This document shows, piece after piece, positions 1-7,931 of a stretch of 64,000 nucleotides of DNA. How positions within the stretch are numbered: the stretch's first letter is position 1; each line of letters begins with the position of its first letter. The notes under the pieces were generated by a model that saw only the letters and a list, made by a program, of their open reading frames with translations, was not told the DNA's origin and made no database searches. Made by a program: the position numbers and the translations under genes. The DNA lies in IMG/VR virus record IMGVR_UViG_3300048008_000449, positions 124,001 to 188,000 of that record; one strand, written 5' to 3'.

Positions 1-97
1 AAAACCCATTTACGAAAGGATTATTATTATCGTGTACTAACCATCCTATTGAAATTTTTTTGTTTTCTTTTAATAATTGATCTAACTGTTTACGCAT
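1..97 (-). CDS. 5' part of a hypothetical protein running off the window; probable paralog of 48503..49954 and 49947..51413
   Basis: Own translation MRKQLDQLLKENKKISIGWLVHDNNNPFVNGF; IGWL..N...F..GF matches ELCIGWLYNNN / ELGFGWLYNNS..FARGY. Confidence 0.55.
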   Translation of the reverse strand, partial: MRKQLDQLLKENKKISIGWLVHDNNNPFVNGF

Positions 98-100
98 AAA

Positions 101-481
101 TTAATCCCAATGCATCACGTTATGCTTTTGATGCTCGTATGTTTCTTTTAATTGTGTCATTACAGGAATAGAAAATCTAAAACTAAATCTATTAAAATTT
201 ACGGCTGCAAAGCTAGCAGGCTCACATTCAGGTCTTGGTCCTGATTTACTGTGATACCACCAAATCTTTCCATCGCCCTTCATTTCTAAACCTTGTATTC
301 CTTCACCTTTATCCCAATTTTCTAAAATATATTCAAAATCTTTTTGAAGTATTTCTCTCGCAATAACAACATAGTCTGTTACTTTAAAAGAGATCTTAAC
401 TCTACCTAAATCTTTAAATAAGTAAATTTTAATTGGATCTGAAAATAAAACTACTTCGTCTCTATCCTTTATTGTAGGCAT
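101..481 (-). CDS. hypothetical protein
   Basis: 126-aa ORF, GGAG RBS upstream, tightly packed on the coding strand. Confidence 0.7.
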   Translation of the reverse strand: MPTIKDRDEVVLFSDPIKIYLFKDLGRVKISFKVTDYVVIAREILQKDFEYILENWDKGEGIQGLEMKGDGKIWWYHSKSGPRPECEPASFAAVNFNRFSFRFSIPVMTQLKETYEHQKHNVMHWD

Positions 482-1211
482 CAGTTATCTCCTTTGCTAG
501 TTCTTTATTTATTTCTTGATGATTTTGAAAATCTTCATAGTATTGATGTATCCAATTTTGATCTGGACTATCAATTCCCACTGTATCCCATAATGTATTA
601 AGTCCATCTAATGTAGACCATTGACTTTGATTTAATGTAATATCACCTTCATCATCGTTAATTTCATTATTAAATTGTTTTTTAGCATTAAAATTAGAAA
701 CAATAGTTTCTGTTGATTGCCAAGCATGATCGTCTTTGCTGTAGTTTGCATTACGTTCATCTTCCATTAAGTAATTATACTCACGTGCTGCCCAACTAAC
801 AATGTTACCATCCCATTCGTCAATTCTTGTTCTAATCATTATTACTGGTATTCCTCTACTCCATTTCCAAATATCTTTATAATTTTGTGCATGTAGTAAT
901 ACGGCAATACTTTTTGTTTCAATTAAGTTTAATAATCCGTCTAATTGATCATTTGAAATATTCATAGTATTTCTAACGTTATAATTATACCATTGATTAT
1001 CAACATCTGATATATTCCAATAGTCATCATGTACACGTATTTTACCTAGCTCGCCTGGTTCATGGTCAATTTCTTTTCCATCTAGTTCGTAACTTGCCCA
1101 GTGTTCTCCTGCTTGGCTTTCTCCGTGTAACATAGGACTATTATTAAGCAAATATGGAACTTCCATTTGACTTATGCAACTATGACTGCATACTAAGTAT
1201 AGTGTATTCAT
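462..1211 (-). CDS. hypothetical protein, possibly degenerate sulfotransferase-like P-loop fold
   Basis: 249-aa ORF; N-terminal beta-loop-helix YLVCSHSCISQMEVPYLLNNSP. Confidence 0.6.
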   Translation of the reverse strand: MNTLYLVCSHSCISQMEVPYLLNNSPMLHGESQAGEHWASYELDGKEIDHEPGELGKIRVHDDYWNISDVDNQWYNYNVRNTMNISNDQLDGLLNLIETKSIAVLLHAQNYKDIWKWSRGIPVIMIRTRIDEWDGNIVSWAAREYNYLMEDERNANYSKDDHAWQSTETIVSNFNAKKQFNNEINDDEGDITLNQSQWSTLDGLNTLWDTVGIDSPDQNWIHQYYEDFQNHQEINKELAKEITDAYNKG

Positions 1212-1466
1212 TTAATCCTCTAAGTTTTTTCTTTTTTCTCGAATTGCTTCTTGCAAATCAAGTATTTGTTCATTTTCTATTAATCTAATAATTGTTTCAT
1301 TAACGCCTATTTCATGTTGTATCATTCCTAATTTAACCATTAACTTATCAATTTCCTTTGTGTAATAATCAAGTTCTTTTTGTTTACGAGCTCTTCTGTC
1401 GTAAATGTCTGATATATCAATTATTAACTTTGGTTTCTTATTACTGTTATGTCCTATTAAGCTCAT
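1212..1466 (-). CDS. hypothetical coiled-coil protein
   Basis: 84-aa ORF with GAGGTG RBS. Confidence 0.7.
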   Translation of the reverse strand: MSLIGHNSNKKPKLIIDISDIYDRRARKQKELDYYTKEIDKLMVKLGMIQHEIGVNETIIRLIENEQILDLQEAIREKRKNLED

Positions 1467-1489
1467 CTGTCACCTCTTCTAATAAAACA

Positions 1490-1570
1490 CAGGGTTAGCT
1501 GTCCGCTGGCACTGTCCTACGGTGTTGACATGCAAGCAATGAATCTCTGCCGGGCCATGTTTGCTACCTG
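1490..1570 (-). ncRNA. candidate structured RNA (multi-stem junction), family unknown
   Basis: GC-rich intergenic island; nested pairings CAGG/CCUG, UAGC/GCUA, UGGC/GCCA, GCAG(A)G/CUUGC, UGUC/GACA. Confidence 0.45.
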
Positions 1571-1576
1571 CTAGTA

Positions 1577-2284
1577 CTATTTACCAGTAAAAATACTGTA
1601 CCCAATTTTGTATTCAATACCTTGAGCATTAAAGTTTACTGCACTATGTAATTTACCCATATCAAATGTAATTGCATCGCCAGGTTGCCAACGTACAATT
1701 GATTCTACTGTAAGTCCGTGTAGAGCTTCGTATGGTACATGTGTTAGATATTCATCGTATATTTGTTTATTAAATGGAATATCTGTGAATCCTTCTATCT
1801 TAGAATAATCAGTTAAACTTTTATTATAAAAACTTTCAGGTACTTTTGGATATCCTCTAAAACACTTAATAGGGCCATCTAAATAATATTGATCAAATAC
1901 AACAAAATTAGTTGGCTTTGATATTTCTAAAGGAATAACTACTGTCTTAAAGATATCATATATCTTTTCGTGATAATCATCGTTATGAACTATGTGAGGT
2001 CTTTCTACTCTAAATATATTACTACCCCAAACCATATTGTCGCCAATTAAATTATCTACAAAATTTTGTACAGGAGTAAACCATGATTCATATTTCTGTC
2101 TGTCTGGGCTATAGTTCATTACTACAGGACCTTTTGATCCTATATCTTTGTATTTTACAATTTGCTCAGAGTTGTGATACTGATTAAGTAAGTAATCGAT
2201 AAATCCTTGATTAACTACACCTTTGTGTAATTTTGCTGTTTCGTATCTATCAGTAATAACTTTCTTTTGTTCAGCAGTTCTCAT
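1577..2284 (-). CDS. 2OG-Fe(II) oxygenase-like protein
   Basis: HxD (PHIVHNDD) and distal His (KLHSA) with DSBH-like spacing. Confidence 0.6.
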   Translation of the reverse strand: MRTAEQKKVITDRYETAKLHKGVVNQGFIDYLLNQYHNSEQIVKYKDIGSKGPVVMNYSPDRQKYESWFTPVQNFVDNLIGDNMVWGSNIFRVERPHIVHNDDYHEKIYDIFKTVVIPLEISKPTNFVVFDQYYLDGPIKCFRGYPKVPESFYNKSLTDYSKIEGFTDIPFNKQIYDEYLTHVPYEALHGLTVESIVRWQPGDAITFDMGKLHSAVNFNAQGIEYKIGYSIFTGK

Positions 2285-3060
2285 CCAACAAATGCTCTTT
2301 CTATTACAAATTCACCAGGTGTCTTGCTATCGCCTTCGTTAAATCCTATTCCCTCTAAATAATCTTTTAGTTCTAAATTCATTTCCATTGATCCACATAT
2401 CATAACTCTATCGTGTTCTGCATCAATTGGTGGTAACAATAATTTATCTTGTACTTTACCTTCATACATTGCTGTTGTTACTCTGCCTTCATTTTCATAA
2501 GGCTCACGTGTACATGTAAAATATGTTCTAAGTTTTCCTTCAGTAACTTCGCCAAAAATCTCATCAGTATTTAGGCTTTCAATAAGCTCTCTAAAAGGTA
2601 ATTCTTTTGCTGTTCTTGCACCCCATACTACAATTACCCTACTGTAATGTTCATACGTGTCTACGCCTCTTATAATGCTCATAAACGGTGCAATTCCGGT
2701 ACCTGTAGCTATTAGGTATAAGTTACGTCCAGGCTTTAAATTTGTGTGTACTAAGGTGCCTACTGCTTTACTATTCACTATTATTTCGTCACCTTCTTTT
2801 ACATGTTGTAATTTACTTGTTAATGGACCATCTTGTACTTTGATACTATAAAATTCCAATGTTTCTTGATGATTAGGACTTGCTACACTGTATGCCCTCA
2901 TTATAGGTTTATTCTTTTGTAATTTTTCTGACCAATTATCTAATCCAATCATTAAAAATTCACCGTCTCTAAAACGTGTACCTGGATCACGTGTTATTTC
3001 AAAATGCATTAATTGATCTGTATAGTGTGTTACGTTAAGTACTTTTTCTTTATTTGCCAT
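2281..3060 (-). CDS. fpr: ferredoxin--NADP+ reductase
   Basis: RAYSVAS FAD motif, GPLTSKL, ATGTGIAPF, MICGS, C-terminal GEFVIERAF. Confidence 0.95.
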   Translation of the reverse strand: MANKEKVLNVTHYTDQLMHFEITRDPGTRFRDGEFLMIGLDNWSEKLQKNKPIMRAYSVASPNHQETLEFYSIKVQDGPLTSKLQHVKEGDEIIVNSKAVGTLVHTNLKPGRNLYLIATGTGIAPFMSIIRGVDTYEHYSRVIVVWGARTAKELPFRELIESLNTDEIFGEVTEGKLRTYFTCTREPYENEGRVTTAMYEGKVQDKLLLPPIDAEHDRVMICGSMEMNLELKDYLEGIGFNEGDSKTPGEFVIERAFVG

Positions 3061-3061
3061 A

Positions 3062-3832
3062 TTATATCTTGTATACTAATTGAGTATATTCCTTAATTAC
3101 TTCTTTCCAATTTGCCAGTGGTTCTCCACCGATCTTTTTTAATAATAATGCATATTCGTCTTCATCAACATCAAATAATAATTTACCTGCGTCAATAACA
3201 TGTACGTCTAGCATTGTTTTTAATTCATCCATTTTTTCTCGCTGACCTTCTAATTGATCAATTAAGAATTTTTTATTCATTTCTACGCCAGTATCTTGGA
3301 ATGTTTCTGGTTCTCCGTTTTTATCTTTGTATGGTCTTAATCTTCTTGCTCTTTCTAAAAATATATCAAAATGTTCTGCACTAGATACATCAGGAAGATA
3401 TAAACATTTAGGTTGAACTGTTTCTAGCAATTGTTGAATTGCTCCTTCTTTCCAACCTTCTTTAACATTGTGTAATAAATTTGGCTTGCAACATATTTTA
3501 GTAAACGTTGCTGAGTTACGTTCATGTGGATGATTGGCTGCAGTAATTGCAGAAAATATAACATGTTCTTTCCATGACATTTTATCTTGATTATCATGTG
3601 TTGTATTTCTAGATGTACCAACTGCACCTTTCCATAAGTTGTGTCTTTCAACTGCAAGGTGTAATGTTTCGTCTGCTTTTTGCCCCCAAAACTTATCAAT
3701 ACGTTTATCAATTCCATAACAGTCTGCAGTTAAAAATTCATCATGTAAAGATATAAAATATAAAAAGAAGTTACCACTTAAACAAGCTGTATGCATTAGT
3801 AAGTGGCATTCAATATCTTCTGCTTTATTCAT
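3062..3832 (-). CDS. hypothetical protein, paralog of 3825..4517 (sulfotransferase-like fold?)
   Basis: Shared IECH..HT...GN.FL....LH N-terminus and KLLF..D..EY......G.EPL..WK C-terminus. Confidence 0.7.
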   Translation of the reverse strand: MNKAEDIECHLLMHTACLSGNFFLYFISLHDEFLTADCYGIDKRIDKFWGQKADETLHLAVERHNLWKGAVGTSRNTTHDNQDKMSWKEHVIFSAITAANHPHERNSATFTKICCKPNLLHNVKEGWKEGAIQQLLETVQPKCLYLPDVSSAEHFDIFLERARRLRPYKDKNGEPETFQDTGVEMNKKFLIDQLEGQREKMDELKTMLDVHVIDAGKLLFDVDEDEYALLLKKIGGEPLANWKEVIKEYTQLVYKI

Positions 3833-4517
3833 TTATAGTTTCCTTTGCGTACATTAATTTCTTTTTCCATTTATGTAAAGGTTCAGTACCTAAATGTTTT
3901 ATAACGTTTTCATACTCTTGCTGATCATATTTAAAAAGTAATTTATCAACATCAACTTCAACTACAGTATGGTTTTCTTTAATGATATTAATTGCTCTAT
4001 CACTTTTGTTTTTTTGTTCTATAGTGTTTCTATAAATTTCTTCGTATTGACTTTCGTCTACTGTATTCAATAACATTAATCGTCTTGTTATCTTATTATA
4101 AAATTCTGTATTTTCTAAAGGAGTGGATAAATGATATATTACATTAGTACTTATGATGTCCATATGACCTAAACTAACAAATCTTTGTGGTGAATGTATT
4201 TCTGGCTTTACTAGCAATTTAGTAAATTCTGTTTTATCTCGCCATTTAGTATTTGTTTGTTCTTGTAACACATTATTAACATGTGTTTCCCAAGACATAT
4301 CTTTAATAAACCATCTATGATAATCATCAGGTCTAAAATGAAAAAAGTCTCCTTGACCTTTATCGTTATATTCACCATCTTCTGTAATTTTCTTTACTGT
4401 GAATCGAGGACGCAAAGGCGCCATTGCAAAATCTTTATGTAGATTAAACAACCATAAAAATGTATTTCCGTAAAATCCTTGTGTATGTAAACATACGTGA
4501 CATTCAATTTGTTTCAT
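3825..4517 (-). CDS. hypothetical protein, paralog of 3062..3832
   Basis: Same motifs as above plus shared MSWE/KxHV block. Confidence 0.7.
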   Translation of the reverse strand: MKQIECHVCLHTQGFYGNTFLWLFNLHKDFAMAPLRPRFTVKKITEDGEYNDKGQGDFFHFRPDDYHRWFIKDMSWETHVNNVLQEQTNTKWRDKTEFTKLLVKPEIHSPQRFVSLGHMDIISTNVIYHLSTPLENTEFYNKITRRLMLLNTVDESQYEEIYRNTIEQKNKSDRAINIIKENHTVVEVDVDKLLFKYDQQEYENVIKHLGTEPLHKWKKKLMYAKETINE

Positions 4518-4518
4518 T

Positions 4519-4761
4519 CTATATCCAGTTTATAACACCACGGACAGCTAAAGCAAAGTACATTAGTTCCATTAATGCTCTTGGTATGTCTTTGTCTTTG
4601 TATCCCATATATACCCAGATGCTACAACTAAAACAGGCTATACCCCACCCCATCCATTGATACTCTGCTTGTCCACCACTAAGTAAAAAAGCACTTGCCA
4701 TAGCTAAAATAAAACCTAACCAACGAAAACCATCTATGTCTTTGTAGTATCTTATTTTCAT
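4519..4761 (-). CDS. small 3-TM membrane protein (PnuC-like half-transporter type)
   Basis: Start reassigned to MKIRYY because the longer ORF overlaps two tRNAs; three hydrophobic segments, ends GVINW. Confidence 0.6.
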   Translation of the reverse strand: MKIRYYKDIDGFRWLGFILAMASAFLLSGGQAEYQWMGWGIACFSCSIWVYMGYKDKDIPRALMELMYFALAVRGVINWI

Positions 4762-4778
4762 ACTGTTATTTATGTAAG

Positions 4779-4853
4779 TGGTAGTCCCTAGGAGAATCGA
4801 ACTCCTCTTTTCAGGATGAAAACCTGATGTCCTAACCGATAGACGAAGGGACC
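4779..4853 (-). tRNA. tRNA-Glu (UUC)
   Basis: GGTCCCT...AGGGACT-A-CCA cloverleaf; anticodon arm TCAGG-TTTTCAT-CCTGA; GTTCGATTC T-loop. Confidence 0.95.
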
Positions 4854-4855
4854 AT

Positions 4856-4932
<77 letters not shown>

Positions 4933-4944
4933 TTATTAGTTAGT

Positions 4945-4973
4945 ATTATAAGTTATCTTAGTATATTTGTCAA
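4945..4973 (-). promoter_or_regulatory. consensus sigma70 promoter for tRNA-Asp/Glu
   Basis: TTGACA-N17-TATAAT, ending 12 nt before tRNA-Asp. Confidence 0.9.
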
Positions 4974-5404
4974 CACCAAGATTCTTTTTTATCACCATAG
5001 TATTCTCTGGCAAATCCATTATCAATTAGCATGTGTCTAAGACTTTTGCCATCAATAATAATATCGCCTAATACTCTGCCACCAAACTTATCCCATTTAG
5101 CAATTGCTACTTGTAGCGTTGTAGATGCGTTAAGTTTATCTTTAGTGAATTGAGATGCTTTCTCACCCCATGCGGCTTCTCTTTCGCACTCAGCTCTCCA
5201 ACCTTTTTCAGGTGTATCAACACCATAAACACGAATGCTTAGTTCTTGTTTAAGTGGTGCTGGTAAAAAGTCTGCTCTAAATGCTACAGTATCACCATCA
5301 ATAACTCTTGTGATTTCGAAGTCATATACTTCCATTGCAATGTCTTTTGCAAAAGCCGGAAGTGTAATAACTGCACAAAATAATATTGTTATTAATTTTT
5401 TCAT
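4970..5404 (-). CDS. SNase/thermonuclease-family nuclease with signal peptide
   Basis: RVIDGDT, IRVYGVDTPE, DKFGGRVLG, LIDNGFAREY; MKK-hydrophobic-AFA signal peptide. Confidence 0.9.
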   Translation of the reverse strand: MKKLITILFCAVITLPAFAKDIAMEVYDFEITRVIDGDTVAFRADFLPAPLKQELSIRVYGVDTPEKGWRAECEREAAWGEKASQFTKDKLNASTTLQVAIAKWDKFGGRVLGDIIIDGKSLRHMLIDNGFAREYYGDKKESWC

Positions 5405-5438
5405 AATATTCTCCTATACAGTTATTTATATAATTAAT

Positions 5439-5858
5439 CTATCTATGATGTTTTAATTCATAATAGTTGCCAGTTTCATCATTAGGATTTTTACCTTGAT
5501 AATCTCTAACCGCAGCTTTAATTGCATCTTCTGCTAACACACTACAATGAATCTTAACTGGTGGCAACGCTAGTTCTTCAACTATCGTTGTATTTTTTAT
5601 TTCACCAGCTTCAATTAAATTCATACCTTTTAACATAGTTGTTACCATACTTGAACTAGCAATTGCACTACCGCAACCATATGTTTTAAATTTTGCATCT
5701 TCTATGATACCATCTGTTACTTTAATTTGTAACCGCATTACGTCACCACAAGCCGGAGCTCCTACCATACCTGTTCCTACGTCTGCGGCATTGGCATCCA
5801 TTTTACCTACATTTCGTGGGTTATTGTAGTGGTCTAACACTTTTTCTGAATATGCCAT
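5439..5858 (-). CDS. iscU: Fe-S cluster scaffold IscU
   Basis: YSEKVLDHY.NPRNVG, GAPACGDVM, GCGSAIASSS, LPPVKIHCS. Confidence 0.97.
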   Translation of the reverse strand: MAYSEKVLDHYNNPRNVGKMDANAADVGTGMVGAPACGDVMRLQIKVTDGIIEDAKFKTYGCGSAIASSSMVTTMLKGMNLIEAGEIKNTTIVEELALPPVKIHCSVLAEDAIKAAVRDYQGKNPNDETGNYYELKHHR

Positions 5859-5870
5859 AAGCCTATTCTC

Positions 5871-6755
5871 CTATAAATATTTTATAAATTGTGTATTGTA
5901 TAAACCTTTTTTACGTTTATACATTTTTACATAATCAAGTAAAAACTTTTTCAATCTAAACGAACTCATTATATCTAGATATTCTGTAATAACAATAGGG
6001 CTTGTATACCAATCGTCACCTACTACTATATGATCTACTTCATTATTTGCATACGAGAATTGCGTATCCTGCGAATATGCTTCTGTCAGTTCTTGACGTT
6101 TTTGTACAAATAGTCTTTCATGATCTTCTGGTTCTCCTAAAACAACTGAGGTGTCGTATTTGTTTAGATTGTCTGCTAAATCATGATGGGCAAAATTTAA
6201 CTGCCACATGTATTTTAGTTTACCATCTTCCCATGCTTTAAGATATTCATTGTGATACTTTCCAAACCATTCTTCTTTCCAACCTTCAATGTGACTATGT
6301 TCTTTAGCCCATGATTCTGATTGCTCAGTAACATCATCTGCTGTTTCAATCCATGCAAACGCATAGTTTGTAATATAGAAAAATAGTTGTTCTTCTATTG
6401 TATTGTCAACTAAGATTGTTTTATCTGCTTTAATAATATTATCTGGGTTAGCTAAGTTTCCACTATAGTTACTCCAAATAGCTGTATCAAAGTCTTTTAC
6501 CACATCTTCAAGTTTTGAAAATGGATCAACAGTTCCATGTTCAGTTTTATCTAACTCTTTAAAAGAATCATTAAACTGTGCATGTAACGGATGATTTCCA
6601 TCTTCAATAACTATTCCACCGATGTGATTATGTTGAGGTCGAAGATATCCATCTGTAAACGAATATACTTCTGGCCCAATATTCATTTCTTGTGAAAGCC
6701 ACCAATGTATTCCTGATGCACTTCCTAAATTGTTTTGATATATTGCTAGTTTCAT
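5871..6755 (-). CDS. hypothetical protein
   Basis: Start reassigned to MKLAIYQ because the upstream extension overlaps tRNA-Ala; AGGA RBS. Confidence 0.7.
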   Translation of the reverse strand: MKLAIYQNNLGSASGIHWWLSQEMNIGPEVYSFTDGYLRPQHNHIGGIVIEDGNHPLHAQFNDSFKELDKTEHGTVDPFSKLEDVVKDFDTAIWSNYSGNLANPDNIIKADKTILVDNTIEEQLFFYITNYAFAWIETADDVTEQSESWAKEHSHIEGWKEEWFGKYHNEYLKAWEDGKLKYMWQLNFAHHDLADNLNKYDTSVVLGEPEDHERLFVQKRQELTEAYSQDTQFSYANNEVDHIVVGDDWYTSPIVITEYLDIMSSFRLKKFLLDYVKMYKRKKGLYNTQFIKYL

Positions 6756-6768
6756 TAATTGTCCTATT

Positions 6769-6844
6769 TGGTGGAGGTAACCGGGATCGAACCGATGACC
6801 TATTGCTTGCAAAGCAATCGCTCTCCCAACTGAGCTATACCCCC
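6769..6844 (-). tRNA. tRNA-Ala (UGC)
   Basis: GGGGGTA/TACCTCC acceptor with G3:U70, anticodon loop TT-TGC-AA, CCA. Confidence 0.95.
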
Positions 6845-6851
6845 TTAATTT

Positions 6852-7058
6852 TTACTCTTCAAAGTATTTATTCAATACTTCTAGATGATCATCATATTTT
6901 GCAATCAAACCCAATTGTTCTTCAATTGCTTCAATAATATCTGGATGTTCGCCTATACCTACTGATTGATTTAAGTATACATGAACATTAGCTTTATGTT
7001 TTGCAATTTGTCCTTCGGCATGAGCTTTTAGTGCTCCTAATAAATGTTCTCTCATCAT
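6852..7058 (-). CDS. small hypothetical phage protein
   Basis: 68-aa helical ORF (VGIGEHPDI), AAGGA RBS. Confidence 0.75.
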   Translation of the reverse strand: MMREHLLGALKAHAEGQIAKHKANVHVYLNQSVGIGEHPDIIEAIEEQLGLIAKYDDHLEVLNKYFEE

Positions 7059-7145
7059 ACTTCCTTTCGTTGTACTCTTCTTTTGTATTTCCTAATATAT
7101 GGCAATATTTCAGCCCGGCAGTCCTGTTGCCGTCTCCTTTTGTGT

Positions 7146-7230
7146 TGGTGCCCTCGGAGAGACTCGAACTCTCACGTCTTGCGACACAGGTTCCTAAGAC
7201 CTGCGTGTCTACCAATTCCACCACAAGGGC
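7146..7230 (-). tRNA. tRNA-Leu (UAG)
   Basis: 85 nt with long variable arm, anticodon loop CT-TAG-GA, CCA. Confidence 0.95.
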
Positions 7231-7235
7231 CTTAG

Positions 7236-7311
<76 letters not shown>

Positions 7312-7334
7312 TTTATTAAGTTACGTTTTATTTA

Positions 7335-7511
7335 TCAACTAAAAACGGACTCTTTAATTTGAATGACTTGTGGAACAAGATCTATACCTAGCTTTGCCTC
7401 AAAATTGTCTGTCCAAGGATCAACTCTAGCTTCTTTAAGATGTTCTAACATATCTAGAATATCTTTATTGTCTATATCTTCATACCATAAGTCGGTTGAA
7501 GTATCACCCAT
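7335..7511 (-). CDS. small hypothetical protein (58 aa, absent from ORF track)
   Basis: MGDTSTDLWYEDIDNKDILDMLEHLKEARVDPW...; TAATG coupling to the upstream gene. Confidence 0.65.
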   Translation of the reverse strand: MGDTSTDLWYEDIDNKDILDMLEHLKEARVDPWTDNFEAKLGIDLVPQVIQIKESVFS

Positions 7512-7792
7512 TATTGTAATTCCGGAAACATTTGTTTCACGTAGTTTCTTACTATAACTTGTGTATCATTATCACAACTTTCAGTTACTACTGAATTAGT
7601 ACCTTTCACTCTAACTTCTTCTTTTGCTAGTTGTAGCAATTCGCGTTTGTTGAGCTTTTGTACCGTTGTTAAATCAACTGCGTTACTTGTAAGAGCACTA
7701 ATTACATAATTGCTTACATCTTGTTCACTCATTGGAACTTCAATTTTAGCTTTAATGCGTTTTACTCCGTCTTTATATTCTGTTGCTCTCAT
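7511..7792 (-). CDS. hypothetical protein
   Basis: 93-aa ORF downstream of a sigma70 promoter. Confidence 0.7.
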   Translation of the reverse strand: MRATEYKDGVKRIKAKIEVPMSEQDVSNYVISALTSNAVDLTTVQKLNKRELLQLAKEEVRVKGTNSVVTESCDNDTQVIVRNYVKQMFPELQ

Positions 7793-7857
7793 AATTATTC
7801 TTTAACCATTATTTGTGTTTCTATTAGCCTTTACTTTTACTTCTTCTATTAAGTACT

Positions 7858-7886
7858 AATATACTAGTAAGATGAGGTTTTGTCAA
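7858..7886 (-). promoter_or_regulatory. sigma70-type early promoter
   Basis: GG-TTGACA-N17-TATATT. Confidence 0.75.
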
Positions 7887-7931
7887 CCAAGAAATGTTAT
7901 TTTTTATAGATTATTTAAAGATTCTGGTAAA

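Noticed and set aside
1463-1579. TAG read-through or recoding: the frame after 1577 has only TAG stops and ends in ATGA with the next gene
   Set aside because: TAG ends many intact genes here, long genes are not fragmented, and there is no suppressor tRNA (the UAG anticodon is tRNA-Leu)
1490-1590. Resemblance to hatchet ribozyme (CAAACAUG...CAUGU), tRNA-Sec (UUCA loop) or 16S rRNA (GUGCCAGC)
   Set aside because: Only short word matches; the required conserved cores are missing
7101-7137. Fluoride riboswitch or theta ribozyme call
   Set aside because: No P1 partner or viable P2 loop for the riboswitch; HDV-like double pseudoknot could not be built by eye
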